64,000 nt of DNA from Lytechinus pictus (taxonomy: Eukaryota): positions 24,986,001-25,050,000 of the forward strand of contig NC_087261.1 of assembly GCF_037042905.1 (NCBI RefSeq), in the 5' to 3' direction. Shown here one piece after another: positions 35,276 through 47,508 of this stretch; position 1 is the first letter of the stretch, and each line of letters starts with the position of its first letter. The notes beneath the pieces are model-generated. The model saw only the letters and a program-made list of their open reading frames with translations. It was not told the DNA's origin and searched no databases. The translations under genes and the position numbers were made by a program.

Positions 35276-36909
35276 TAATATGTATTATGTTCACAACCTC
35301 GTTTTACTGCCCATCTATCGGGGAAGGAAAGAGGGCGCTCTTAGACTTTGGTAACCAGCCAAAATTCCCATGTTGTCAAACAAATATTTAGGTCTTTTTT
35401 TTATTCGATTTTTTTTGGCTCAAATTGCCCGGATCCCCCGTTAGGATATAATAATTGATTACCTGAATTTCTCTCACATGTGGCATTGGGAAGAGCTCCA
35501 TCTCGACGTAATCGTTCAAACATGTCTAAGGCTTGGTCAGACGTGTTTGCTCTAGTTTCTATATGAACTGAAGTTATCGAGCAAAATTCATGCAAATGTG
35601 CGGGTATGTAAACATGAACATTAAGGTGCACATCATTTGCATGACCTTTTATGCCGGACTACAGACCAAATTCGAAACTATACTGTATAGAGCAAGGACG
35701 AAGTTCGACTGAAAGTCTGGATAGAGTCGAGATAGAAGCAGTAATAGAACTGTTTTTGATACCCGATGGAACTGAAATTTAGCTGATCAATTATTGAATA
35801 TTGAAGAGTACATTTGAAGAGGCACTTAACTGAGAAACCAAGGGGAGAGTAGGTATATTTCTAGACTTGCTAGGTGAGGTTCGATACAAGAATAACCTAA
35901 GCTAAGTGTCAAAGTTTGCACGATGAGAAGTCAATCAAGCAGCTTATGATATAGGAAATAAAAAAACACTTAAGAGAGACGGCTAGCAGATCAGGCCTCG
36001 TACTTGTCGCTCGTGATATTTTATTGGCGCCATTATGACTTGCACAAGAAAAGAGAGGACACTTGAAATATACTGATGCACCAGAAGTTACTTTGTAACA
36101 TTATCACATGAAAAAGGGTGATAGTTTAGTCATAGCAATCATGAGACCTGGTAAAAAGTCTAGGATTTAGGGCTATCACAAATCAAGAACCCAAAGTAAA
36201 TGACGATCCAAATTTCGGTCGAGTTTGTTCTGTCCGAATTTTTATCCCATAAGTCCGTTGGGATAGCCCGACCATGCTACGGACAGATTATATGCAAATC
36301 AATAAAGACTTTTGCGTATTGAGTGGGATTCAATTTCCTGGCTTAAGATTCGGGAATTTCTAGTTTGCTAGTGCTTGCTAAAAATGGGGGGGGGGTGGTA
36401 TTTAGTACGGCTATATGAGATATCTTGCTACTTCTCTAAAATACATGTAGCATCAATATTATTTGCAAAACTCACTTAAATGCTCATTTTGAAGATATTA
36501 CCTGAACAAATTATATATATATTTCAAGTGGAACATCAGACGATATGATTATATCAGATACTTACAATTTCCTGTCATTATGTGGTATATTCAAACAAAC
36601 AGAGTCACACTTCTCTGTCATTCAAGAGGAAATAAACACTTCAACTTAGGTATTGAATGTGTTATTTTGCCTTATTATTCTATGTCGTTTTGCGGTAGAA
36701 AGCAATACCTAAAAAAGAATAAAGTTAACTATAATAATCCCGTAAAGAAACACACCGAAATTCGCACGCGCTTGTCAATGAATCTAGAACAAAAACAAAT
36801 CCATAATTTGATCTGTCGAAATGGTCAATCGCCAAACAAGGGAAATGCCTTTGAAAATAAGGAAAACCCCCTTTAAAAACATTGCATGTTCTGTATAAAC
36901 ATAACCTTA

Positions 36910-36997
36910 ATCCAAGTCCTTTGGAAGCGCATAGAGACATTATTCATAATCGTGATATGCGCTATACAAGAACTGTTTATTATTATTATTATTATTA
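36910..36997 (+). mobile_element. SINE/LINE 3' end (stem-loop plus (ATT)n tail)
   Basis: agcgcata ... tatgcgct inverted pair followed by (tta)n. Confidence 0.55.
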
Positions 36998-37656
36998 ACC
37001 TTATATTATTATTTGTTTAAAAATGATAACAGTGTTGTATATGATATCCAACACTGTTATCATTTTTAAACAATTAATAAGGATATCATTTACAATGCAT
37101 CAAGATCCAAACTTTTTGGTTGTCATTGCGCAGAAAGTGAACAACTGGATTTTCATTGCATTTATTTTCATTTATTTTTTTCACATTCACCCATGACGGT
37201 TAGTTCATACCAGAAATGTAAATTTCATGACTTTGATATTCTTATATAATATTTTCATCGTAATTTAATCGAAGATTTAATTGATGATTTATAAATCGAT
37301 TTCGGGGACGAAACGCAATTTCTCCAAAAATTATTAATCCATGTGCCTGCCATGGCGGGTGCTATAGTAATTCTAAACAATATTTATAATCATAATTATA
37401 CCTACTGTTTACAAATTACTCACCATTTTTACAGGTTTTTTTTAAATAGATTTCTGGGGGCAACTGGTGAGTGTGGGGAGTATTGGCAGTAATTCTTTCC
37501 CCCGTTCTGTCTATCTGAGCAATGCTGAGAGGGAAGTGATCTTTTCCATGATACTTCATTTTAGAGATTCCACATGTTGCAAGTAGTCTCTGCCATGTTA
37601 GTTGATGAATTTTTATGGCACAATTCTTTTACAAATTAGTGATTTTTTTTCTTCAG

Positions 37657-38047
37657 GAAAATGATGATAATGGCACAAAGGGATCTGAATCTCCAACCTG
37701 TATCGCGGAAGGGGGAGTCGTCAAACAATAGCTACGCCAAATCCTTCACCGGAAGTCACCGCGACCGGACGGAAACCAGTCCTGGTCCGAGCTGCAGCCA
37801 GGAAGCTTCGGCCTCCGCCAACGGACAAACCAATCATACCGTGTACGAGGTTGACAGCACCGACAAGGAGGTTGAAAAGCTCCTTTCTGTCACATCTAAG
37901 ACTGACCCATCTCCACCGGAGCTACCCAAGAGGGATCCGCCACCACGACCTGACTCACCAGCAACCTACGAGTGTCCTCTGGATGTTTACGAGCCTCCTT
38001 CGGACTATGAAGATGTCTTGACTGCTACGTGTAAAACTAATGTCTAG
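37657..38047 (+). CDS. SRCR gene B terminal exon: cytoplasmic tail
   Basis: tttttttcttcag| acceptor in phase 2, in frame with the TM exon; ORF 37661-38047 is Pro/Ser/Tyr-rich; AATAAA at 38389-38394. Confidence 0.85.
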
Positions 38048-39004
38048 ATATATATCCCAGAAGGAAATGTTGCATTGATCAGCATTAAACGAATACTTGT
38101 TTTGTGCATGTAACTCTGTCATGTGATGTCCATGCCTTAAAACGCTGTTTTAGATTTTAAGCAAGTTGTTTAAGTCACGCTCACAACAAGTTCTTTCATC
38201 TTTAAACGATTGTTTTTTTTAATTATTTAATCTTCCTTTAACAACTTGCTTAGAACTTTAAACAATAGTTGTTGGAGTGACAGGCTGACATGCAACGTGC
38301 CTGTATTTTTAAACAGCCTGTTTAGGCATACACATTGCATGACAGAGGTGCACACTGTACAACGCAATGTCTCCAGCATAGCGGACTGAATAAAACTTAA
38401 ATTTGCTGGGAAATAATGGAAATTCTTAATGCAAAATTTACGTGGTTCATATTCAGTATGTCAATACTGTCTTGCTTATAATATTATCGAAGAATCGTCA
38501 GTTTTGTATATTAAAGAAACATTTTTGTACACTTATGAATAATCCAGATAACAACATAACGTGACTAAGGAAAGGCAAGATATTTATAACCAGATGAAAT
38601 TGTACACTGTTTGATATCCATTTAATCAGTATTTACTTTTTATCATGTAATATTGTATTGGTCATACCGTTATCCAAAGTTATATTTACAGGCAATTAAG
38701 ATCATAAAGTATGTCACAAGGAAGGGAACGGATGCACCAGATCATTTATTTATTTGAAGCTTTGTAAAATTAATGATAGATTTTTAAATTTTCATTTTCA
38801 GCATTAAAAAAATCGATTTTTCTTATTTATTCTGATACTTAATTATTATATGAAAGGTTGGCGCATAGATGACCAAGAATTGTTTGAAAATTTCAATTTC
38901 AAATCAAGTTGGGTAGAAAAATAGGTCCTTAATTAGTAAGGATACGACGACCTGGTGTGAGCAAGAGATGCCTATTTAGCATTTATTTCGTATTCTTAGC
39001 TTAG

Positions 39005-39385
39005 AGTTCAACTAATCTCGAATTTGAGAGTGGATCTGGATTCACACTCGAGTGTCCGCGCAAAATAGTACCCAGTAGTTATGAGAGACTTTTCGCAATT
39101 GCAGCCTGGACTGGCTCAAGAACACAGCAAATGCATTGAAAATACCCGTCAAAGAACAATCAACGGCTGGGAGGTCTTGTCGAAAATTGATGAACTGGAA
39201 CAGCAGTTTCTGAGGTGATCAAAGATTGCAAATATGTATGTCGTTTGCCCAGAGTCACGACGAAACAGTCGCTCTGATTCACCAAATATCGACAAAGACT
39301 GCTTTGTTATGAAGGGCGCATTTGACAATAGATGTCCTATCTTCTCGAAGGCGTCATGCGCCGTGGAGGCAAAAACTATCTACTT
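39005..39385 (+). pseudogene. Probable decayed duplicate of the gene B cytoplasmic-tail exon
   Basis: Acceptor-like ttcttagcttag|; collinear weak matches to 37657-38047 (DLD/DLN, SYERLF/SYAKSF, WEV..ELEQ/YEV..EVEK, RSDSP/RPDSP) with stops and frameshifts. Confidence 0.45.
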
Positions 39386-39566
39386 ATATGCTTTAGTATT
39401 TGTTATTTGTAATCTGCCATTCTTCAATTATTTTGTTCGTTAAAAAAATTGACTTTAAATCATCGAAGCTATAATACTATTAGTGTAGAATCTGTTATAA
39501 AAACGTATTTAGTCATTGTTATATTTATATATGTAAACGGATTTAGTTTCACATTTCTTGCCGGGG

Positions 39567-39817
39567 CACTGTAAAAACTATTGGGTAAAATTTTAACCAG
39601 CACGAGGGTACTTATGAGTCCAACCAATTTGTGGCAATATTTTACCTATTGCGGGAAGCATTTAGTCCATTAAGGTTAAAAAAATAGCAGCAATTACTTT
39701 AGAATGGGCAAAATTTTCGTCACACTGGATAAATAAAAATGCCCAAAAGAAATGCCCAATGTTGGTTGGACACATGATTACCCTCATGGAGCATTTTATC
39801 CAATATTTTTTAGAGGG
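39567..39817. mobile_element. Degenerate CACTG-type MITE
   Basis: cactgtaaaaactattgggtaaaat..gagggta..gtccaaccaa versus ttggttggac..taccctc..attttatccaata. Confidence 0.6.
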
Positions 39818-41700
39818 AGGGGGGGGGGGCGCCCTGGGACGCCCTGGACAACCGACATTCATCGCCCATCTCTACTATGTGTGATATTAAAAATGTCAAC
39901 CATGAATTTAGATGAATTACATTTATATTACAACAGAGACATGTGGGTTTGTGAACAACTTCATGCTACTGTCTGACTGTAGTCAATTTAGTATGCTTAT
40001 AACTAAATAATAAATCACCATGGAAGGTGATGGAAAAAAGTGTAACTTCCAAGGTACATTGATGTATGTATGTAGTTGGCTATGCATCAGAAGTTGGGGA
40101 AATATAATGATCACATTCAGCTCGCCGTGAAAGTGATACATGCACAAAAAAATGATATTTTAAATCAACTGAAAGGTTTGAGAAGTGACAACCTTTGCTA
40201 AATGTTGCATTTTACAATTTTAAATGGTTCGATCCAACACATAAACACTTGGATCTAGCATAATGAAAGATTGGATATAATAATTGTTTGCAAAAGGTAT
40301 ATAATCCTTCAACCTTTCAACTGTTGATATAACATAATTTGTTTGCATCATCACCTGAAATGGGCGATTCTAAGGTTTGTCTACTACTTCTGGCATTAGG
40401 AAATACATCATCCCTTTCTCACTTTCAATACCCTTCTCTTTATTATATACTTTATGTATACCTATCATGCCCATGCGTTATTTAGATGTGGATTTGGTAC
40501 AATGGCATCTCCTTTTTCCAGCAGACATTTATAATGCTCCGCCAACATAAGTAAAACTTATGCCTTTTCTCCCTTGCACTTTTTCTTTATTTCAGAAATT
40601 GCATGTATACAAGAAAAAAAAATTACTGTAAATATAATTGATTTTATTTTCAAGATTTGTGCATGGACTTTACTTTGATTTTCATGTAAACATGGAAAGA
40701 TATTCAAACTATACTGTTATTGTTAATGATTTGATTTAAAGAATATAACCACACAGATTCACACAAGGAAAAAAAACTTTGTCATATTTGTTAAAAAGCA
40801 TTACACAATTGATTATGCACAACCTGTTATGTGTGAAACTTAGATGTATTACCTAGCTTTGCGGATATTTTGAACGAAATCGTATTTTTCACATTTTGCT
40901 TGTAAAAAACATGCCAATAAGAAATTAAAACGGATATTTATTTATACTATGCAAACTAATACTTGTCACCGATCGATGATATATCGGTTAATCAAGATAA
41001 AACGTAAAGTTAAGGACGAATATCATAGGACACGGAGATGCTCGAAGCAAAGTGCTTAGATTGCACATTGGGTTAAAATCGAAATCGAATGTTTGCCTAG
41101 AACTTTCGGGCCTTCCAATATATTCTCATTTTTTTCCTTCTTTTTACTTAATTTCATTTAATCTCCTTTCATTTACAATCTTTTTATTTCTTTTAAAATT
41201 CAAAATTCATTTACTTTCTCCATACTTTTGTTTTTCTCATTCTTTTTGTTCCTCCTGATAGCGGTGACCGAGCGCAAGCCTAATTTTTCACAAGCTTCGT
41301 CACTGCTTAAGATATGGTAATTACGCATATTGTGTGTATGTGTTTAAGTGATCATTCGATATACATGTATTATTTGCTGCTATATCATATAATTTACGTG
41401 GTGACCTACAGAGATTCAATAAAGCAACGAAGTATAAATAAATACCATGATCACTTCCCTGTTATTTTAATTTCATCACGGGTATCATGTCTGTCCACTA
41501 ATGACAGTCGATGGCTTTATAAATGTGTTTCCTTGTTCTACATTAATATTTTGGTAGAAATTTTAGCTCTATAGTAAACACCTAAATATCATTTACTCGA
41601 GGAAAAAATAATATGTGCTGGAAATGTACAAGTTTGTCGTAGGTTGTTCATTTTAAGGCAGTGATAATGAAATAAAATTGCTGCATGTTCATTTTTGTTC

Positions 41701-41758
<58 letters not shown>
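41701..41758. repeat. (TA)n microsatellite
   Basis: Directly visible. Confidence 0.95.
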
Positions 41759-41759
<1 letters not shown>

Positions 41760-42036
41760 CATTATAGAAAAAGTCTGCTTCGGCATATGGAATAAAATAG
41801 TCACAAATAGTTTTGAAAATAAAATCATAGATTTTAAAAGGTACATAGCACTCAGAATGAAAGGTAAAGTCACACTCTTCGTCAGTGCCCATGATGTGAA
41901 TACAAAAAAAGAGAATATATATATATGTATATATGTGCCTGAGAGAAGCATACCACCGACAGAGGAACATTTCTGGTGCTCTTCGACAGAGGAAACAAGA
42001 TATTGTCAATACAATTCAATCGGACGAAGCTGTTGA

Positions 42037-43558
42037 CCAATAAGCTGTTTTCCAACATCTCGAAAGGCAATTCACTGCTACGTCGAACCACTGCATGCAA
42101 CGAAAAAACGCAAGCTGAGTGGCCTGAAAGATTCCACCCATCGCCTGGTAGATGATACACCGTCGTGTAGTAACATTACTACCACGAAAAGCAACGTAGT
42201 CAATCTATCCAGCCATCACCTATCCCCGTCAGAGGAAAAGACCCTCAACCTCGGCCTGTCTTTCTGCCCTCCACAACGACTCGATAAGTTACGTCTCTGC
42301 CAGGACACTGTGGCATTCAACAGACGTGTGAAGCTCCGGGAATACTTCGCTGACAAAGATGAACTTGGTGATGCCCCTCCTCCTCAAGCTGCTAAGGCCA
42401 AGCCACCATTGTTGACGAGATCAAAATGGACCCCGCCAGCGGGAAGGAACTCGCACATCGACAATATCACCTCAACCGTCGAGCGACACCTTGACAACTT
42501 TCTTAGGGACGTCAAAGAGAATCCACCAAGTCATCAAGAGAAGGTACGAAAGAAAGCCATCAATTCGCTGAGGAACAACACCAACATCGTCATCAAGCCG
42601 GCTGACAAAGGTGGGGCGGTGGTAATCCAGGACGCCGACGATTACATCTCCGAGGCCCAACGGCAGCTCACCGACGAGGCATTCTCCTCTCCTTTGACAG
42701 AAGACCCCACACAGGAGTACCATCAGCAAGACCCACAATTTGGGGAGAATCTTAAAACTGTTACTGACTCTAGTAGTACGCTGGTGCCTGATAACCACAG
42801 GGTGAGTAAATTTTACCTGTTACCCAAGATGCACAAATTACCTCAGTTGGTTAAGAATATCTGTGGAAGCGACGAATCTGATGTACAAAAAATAGTCGAG
42901 AAATGTAGGGAGATTAAGATCATTCCCCCTGGTAGACCCATTGTCTCAAGCGTAGGTTTTTTAACAGAGCCAATGTCTAAGTATGTCGACGAAAAACTTC
43001 AGGCATTTCTACCTAATATTAATAGCTATGTGAAAGACACGACATATATTTTGAACAAGATCAAGTCTGCTCCCCTCACATCAGACTCCATACTCATAAC
43101 CATGGATGTTAAGAGCCTCTATACCAACATCCCCCACGACCAAGGTGAAGAAGCCCTTCGTACATTTCTTCAAAAACAGGGTACTCCCGAGCAGGAAATT
43201 GAGGACTTGTCCTCCATGGTGGATTTCATTCTAAAACACAACTACTTTGAGTTCAATGAGAAGTATTACCTTCAGTGCAAGGGTACAGCAATGGGGACAA
43301 AAATGGCACCAGCGTATGCTAACTTGTACATGGCTGTCCTTGAAGAGGATTTTATCTCCAAATGTAGTCTCAAACCGTCATTGTACATCAGATACATCGA
43401 CGACATCTTTTTGATTTGGCCCCATACCAAGGACGCTCTGGCATCGTTTCACAATGCTTTCAATGCCCACAACCCAAACATTCAATTTACCATTGAAAGC
43501 TCAAGAGAGAAAATCCACTTCCTGGATGTGAATGTTTCTAAGAATGATAATTCGTTAA
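42037..43558 (+). pseudogene. Penelope-type reverse transcriptase, N-terminal part (interrupted at 43558)
   Basis: ORF 42310-43665 plus in-frame upstream sequence; the last ~35 codons of the listed ORF are read-through into the inserted element. Confidence 0.92.
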
Positions 43559-45286
43559 AGGAGAAATATATTGATTATGAATATGGCCTTATTATATATC
43601 AGTGGAAAGGTCATGATGTGGGGATTATCATTTGGTCATTCAAAAATAACGAAAGTAATACATAAGGTGGAAATCGCCAATTAAAAGCGCTAAAATGCCT
43701 CTCCGAAATACGCCTCCCAGCGGTCTCTGAATTGACTCGAATTTGATGACGTGTATGAGTGTACGAGAGACGTGATTGGCTCTCCCACGTCAAGCTCCAT
43801 TGCATGCAAAACCTGTTGCGAGGGTACTTTTTCTTCACTGTCACTATACTTCGATCACGAAATAAAAGAAAACCCAGAAGTTTATCCAGATTTTGGATTT
43901 TCAAATTGATGATTTTGAAGATGAAGAGAATGATGATGAAGTTTCTAGCTCTAGTGACGTGGATGGAGGTAAATTACGCCTATGATGATGAGTCAGACAA
44001 TTCAATTTGCATGCCGATTCGCTACCAACTCATGGAGCTGATAGTGCTAGCTGCACGTACCGCGGGCCAAAATAAATTCATTAAAATGAATTCCAGCCTG
44101 ACAATCTAGACAGAGTCTCTTCCCTCATTTACTCTAAAGAAGGAAAATAATGATATAACTGTACTTACAAACAAGTGAATATATCCGAATCTGAAGGCAA
44201 CTCAACGAATAGCAGCAGACGATATGCACCGACGATAATCTTCACGTGTCTGGGATAAATATCATCCCCAACATGCGTAGCTCGTATGTGATTGTAAGAC
44301 AGCTGTGCAACACGTGCATCTACTCTCTCAGCTCAGCCAAGGCGAGCAAGCAATGTGTGTTTGTGATGGTTTGTTTACATAAATTGGGGATGATCTTTTA
44401 CATCTAATTTTAATTTACCTCAACTTTTTGCTTCTAAAAAGGTTTTATCGTAATTCAAAAATAGTACGAGGTGTTACTAAATTTTTATATAGATAAATAA
44501 TTCCCCGAGTTTCGTAATTTTGTCAAAATAATGAGATAGAAATTATATCTAACAGAACGAGTGACAATTTATCCCAGCCACGTGAATTATCGTCGGTGCA
44601 TATCGTCTGCTGCTATTCGTTGAGTTGATTTGCCTTCAGATTCAGATATATTCACTTGTTTGTAAGTACAGTTATATCATTATTTTCCTTCTTTAGAGTA
44701 AATGAAGGAAGAGACTCTGTCTGGATGGTCAGACTGGAATTCATTTTCATTGATTTACTTTGGCCCGCGGTACGTGCAGCTAGCACTAGCAGCTGCATGA
44801 GTTGGTTGCGAATCGGCATGCAAGTTGAATAGTCCGACTCATCATCATAGGCTTAATTTACCTCCATCCACGTCACTAGAGCTAGAAACTTTTTTACTTA
44901 AACAATTTTCTCTTCATCTTCAAAATCATCAATTTGAAAATCCTAAATCTAGATAAACTTCTGGGTTTTCTTTCATTTCGTGATCGAAGTATTCAGTGAC
45001 AGTGTGGAGAAAACGTACCCTCACAACAGGTTTTGCATGCAAGTGGAGCTTGACGTGGGAGAGCCAATCACGCCTCTCGTACACTTATACACGTCATAAA
45101 AAAAAACCAATTTCGCTGACGTAATTGTGCGTGTTTGAAGTATTCAGAGAGAGAACTTTAAACTATCAATTAAGTGAGTTTCATCGGTCTCCATGATAAA
45201 TGATGTACACCATCGTGTTCTTCTTATTTTCCCCTTTAATTTGATATATAATTCTTTATTTTTATGATTTTCAATATATTTCTACT
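43559..45286. mobile_element. TTAA-flanked non-autonomous element (Kolobok-like) with a long internal palindrome
   Basis: ttaa|aggagaaatatattga ... tcaatatatttctact|ttaa; removal restores the RT frame; internal arms ~43745-44270 and ~44570-45097 are inverted copies. Confidence 0.9.
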
Positions 45287-45290
45287 TTAA

Positions 45291-46213
45291 GTACTAGTGT
45301 ATACATCAAACCAACCGATTCCCTATTCTTATATTGAGTATAACTCATTCCATCCATCCCACACGAATAAATCGATTGTGTACAGACAACTCCTAAGGTA
45401 CAAACGTATCGCATCAGACCCCAAAGTGTTTGAGGCTGACGCTGCGAACCTCGGTGAACTTTTCATCAGACGAGGCTACCCATCTAGACTTGTCCACCAT
45501 GCCCTCGCCCAGGTTAGAAAAAATCAAGAGAGGATATCCTACCTGCAGAACCAAAACAAGGGACTAATGAAAGAATCCCTCTTGTTACTACGTACCATCC
45601 CCAGGCCAAAAGGTTTGACAATACCACAAAGAGGGAATGGTCTGCCAATATCAACCTAGACCTTAAACTCTCAACCGCTATGGGCGACCCTCCCCTTCAC
45701 TCACAATGCCAGCCCCCAAGCCTGAGAAAGCTACTAGTAAGCAGCGAACTGCCCAAGGCTTCGCCCCAAAAAGGCAACAAAAGATGTGGCAAGCCACGAT
45801 GCCAAGTGTGCACTCACGTAACCACCGACGGCACAGTAACAATTTCTCAGTCCCTTATTGTCCACCCCCCCCCTAACCACACATGTGACGCATAGAATAT
45901 TCCTGTATTGCATAATGTGTACCAAATGCCCGGGGGTCACTTATATTGGTGAAACCAGCACCACATTTAGCACCAGATTCAATAATCACAAAAGCTCCAT
46001 CACCAAAACAAAAATGACTTTCCTGTGGCCATCCACTTCAACCTCCCCAATCACTCTGTCAAATATATCAATGTCTGCATCTTCGGCGGAGGATACAGAT
46101 CGGCAGAGGAACGGAAATGGGCTGAGCTGAGACATATCGTTAAAGGCCGCACTTTTGAAAGCGGCCTCAACAAAGATCTGTCTTGGCTCAACGCATTCAC
46201 ATTCTATAGATAA
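45291..46213 (+). pseudogene. Penelope RT thumb, Cys-rich linker and GIY-YIG endonuclease (frameshifted)
   Basis: Fragments spread over ORFs 45297, 45680, 45858 and 46025; in-frame TAG after HTCDA. Confidence 0.9.
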
Positions 46214-46289
46214 TCATATCTTCCTCCTCTTTGCCCTAATTTCCTTAATTCAGCTATCATGTTTATTATGCTCTCTCTGTGCAATGTGC

Positions 46290-46480
46290 AGCGTGCGCGA
46301 TCTCAGCTAGACACTCTTATTATTACGAATTTTTTTTATTGTTACGAAACTTAAATCATACTCTTTTTTATTATTACGTAACTTACGTCATTAATGATTT
46401 TTTACCCAAAAGCGCGCTATATACATTCATAACAGTATTTTGCGCACCTAGCAGCAGTTACCGCTGAGATCGCGCACGCT
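46290..46480. mobile_element. Small TIR element in the Penelope 3' region
   Basis: Perfect 18-bp inverted pair agcgtgcgcgatctcagc / gctgagatcgcgcacgct. Confidence 0.75.
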
Positions 46481-46514
46481 TTAATAAAAACAACTGTCAT
46501 TTAAACTTGTCAAA

Positions 46515-46570
46515 ATTCACGAATCTTCCCTGAAGAAGGGAGATGTCTACCGAAAATTTGGAAAGTGAAT
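46515..46570 (+). ncRNA. Minimal type I hammerhead ribozyme motif
   Basis: attcac..ttcc-CTGAAGA-agggagatgtctacc-GAAA-at-TT-ggaa..gtgaat; core boxes and extended stem I present, stem II imperfect. Confidence 0.7.
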
Positions 46571-46690
46571 AAAATAACTTGTTGGCATTGCAAAAATTGC
46601 ATTACTCGTGGATTTGTTTCGCATTTCTGATGTCTTATTATTGCCAATACGTGGAAAACCAAGATGCCTCTATATATATATATATATATA

Positions 46691-47508
46691 CAGTGCGTCC
46701 CAGAAAAAACGAAACCGATATTTAGCGATGATTTATCCTAACTTAATAAAAAATAGAATAGACAAATTACCTACCAATGTAAAGCTTAGAATCTCCTCTT
46801 TCATCTGATATTATTTAGATTATTCCTCATTCACGCATGAGTGAGCAAAAACAATTTGAAGGAAGGATACCAAAAACTCATTTGGCGGGGGGTATATGAA
46901 TTTCAAAAAGAAAATCACATGTCTTAAAAGTTCAATATCTGCTCTTTAATTTGATACCTCAATTACAGAAAATGGTCATGAAATAACAAAGTTCTGGTTA
47001 TTTGAAATAAGGCTTGAATTTCCATAATTTCATTAAATAAACTGTTTTCACCGGTTTCCCACAGAAGCTATCGGATGGTTAACAAAATACTTAATGCATG
47101 GCTGATCGTAAACAAAACGGAGTGTCGAGTGAGTTTGAACGCTAGCCTGTAAAACATCTTCATTTTATGAAAGTATTGAAATTCAAGCCTTATTTCAAAT
47201 AACCAGAACTTTGTTATTTCTTGACCATTTTCTGTAATTGAGGTATCAAATTAAAGAGCAGATATTGAACTTTTAAAAAATGTGGTTTTCCTTTTGAAAG
47301 CTAGATACAACCCGCCAAATGACTTTTTGGTATCCCCTCTTCAAATTGTTTTTGCTCACTCATGCGTGAATGAGAAATAATCTAATTAATATCAGATAAA
47401 AGAAGAGATTCTAAGCTTTACATTGGTAGGTCATTTGTCTATTTTATTTGTGATTAAGTTATGATAAATCATCGCTAAATCTCGGCTCGTTTTATCTGGG
47501 ACGCACTG
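46691..47508. mobile_element. Tc1/mariner-like palindromic MITE inserted in (TA)n
   Basis: cagtgcgtcccaga ... tctgggacgcactg with long inverted arms; same family as 9100-10547. Confidence 0.93.

Larger units (their letters stand above)
41935..46670 (+). mobile_element. Penelope-like retroelement (RT + GIY-YIG), decayed and interrupted
   Basis: NVVNLS..LGLSFCP (42193+), KPADKG, PGRPIVS, DVKSLYTNIP, GTAMG, RYIDD and FLDV motifs; resumes at 45291 (STSVYIKPTD..HP) and continues to CGKPRCQVC and LYCIMC..YIGET..RFNNH..GLN; hammerhead in the 3' repeat; (TA)n on both sides. Confidence 0.95.

Noticed and set aside
35400-36380. Possible decayed coding sequence (also 52640-53400 and 56530-57080)
   Set aside because: Composition looks less intron-like, but the frames I tried gave no recognisable motif; a blastx search would be needed.
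41845-41890. Minus-strand hammerhead (CTGACGA plus a stem)
   Set aside because: The GAAA box reads GAGT and there is no convincing stem I or cleavage triplet.
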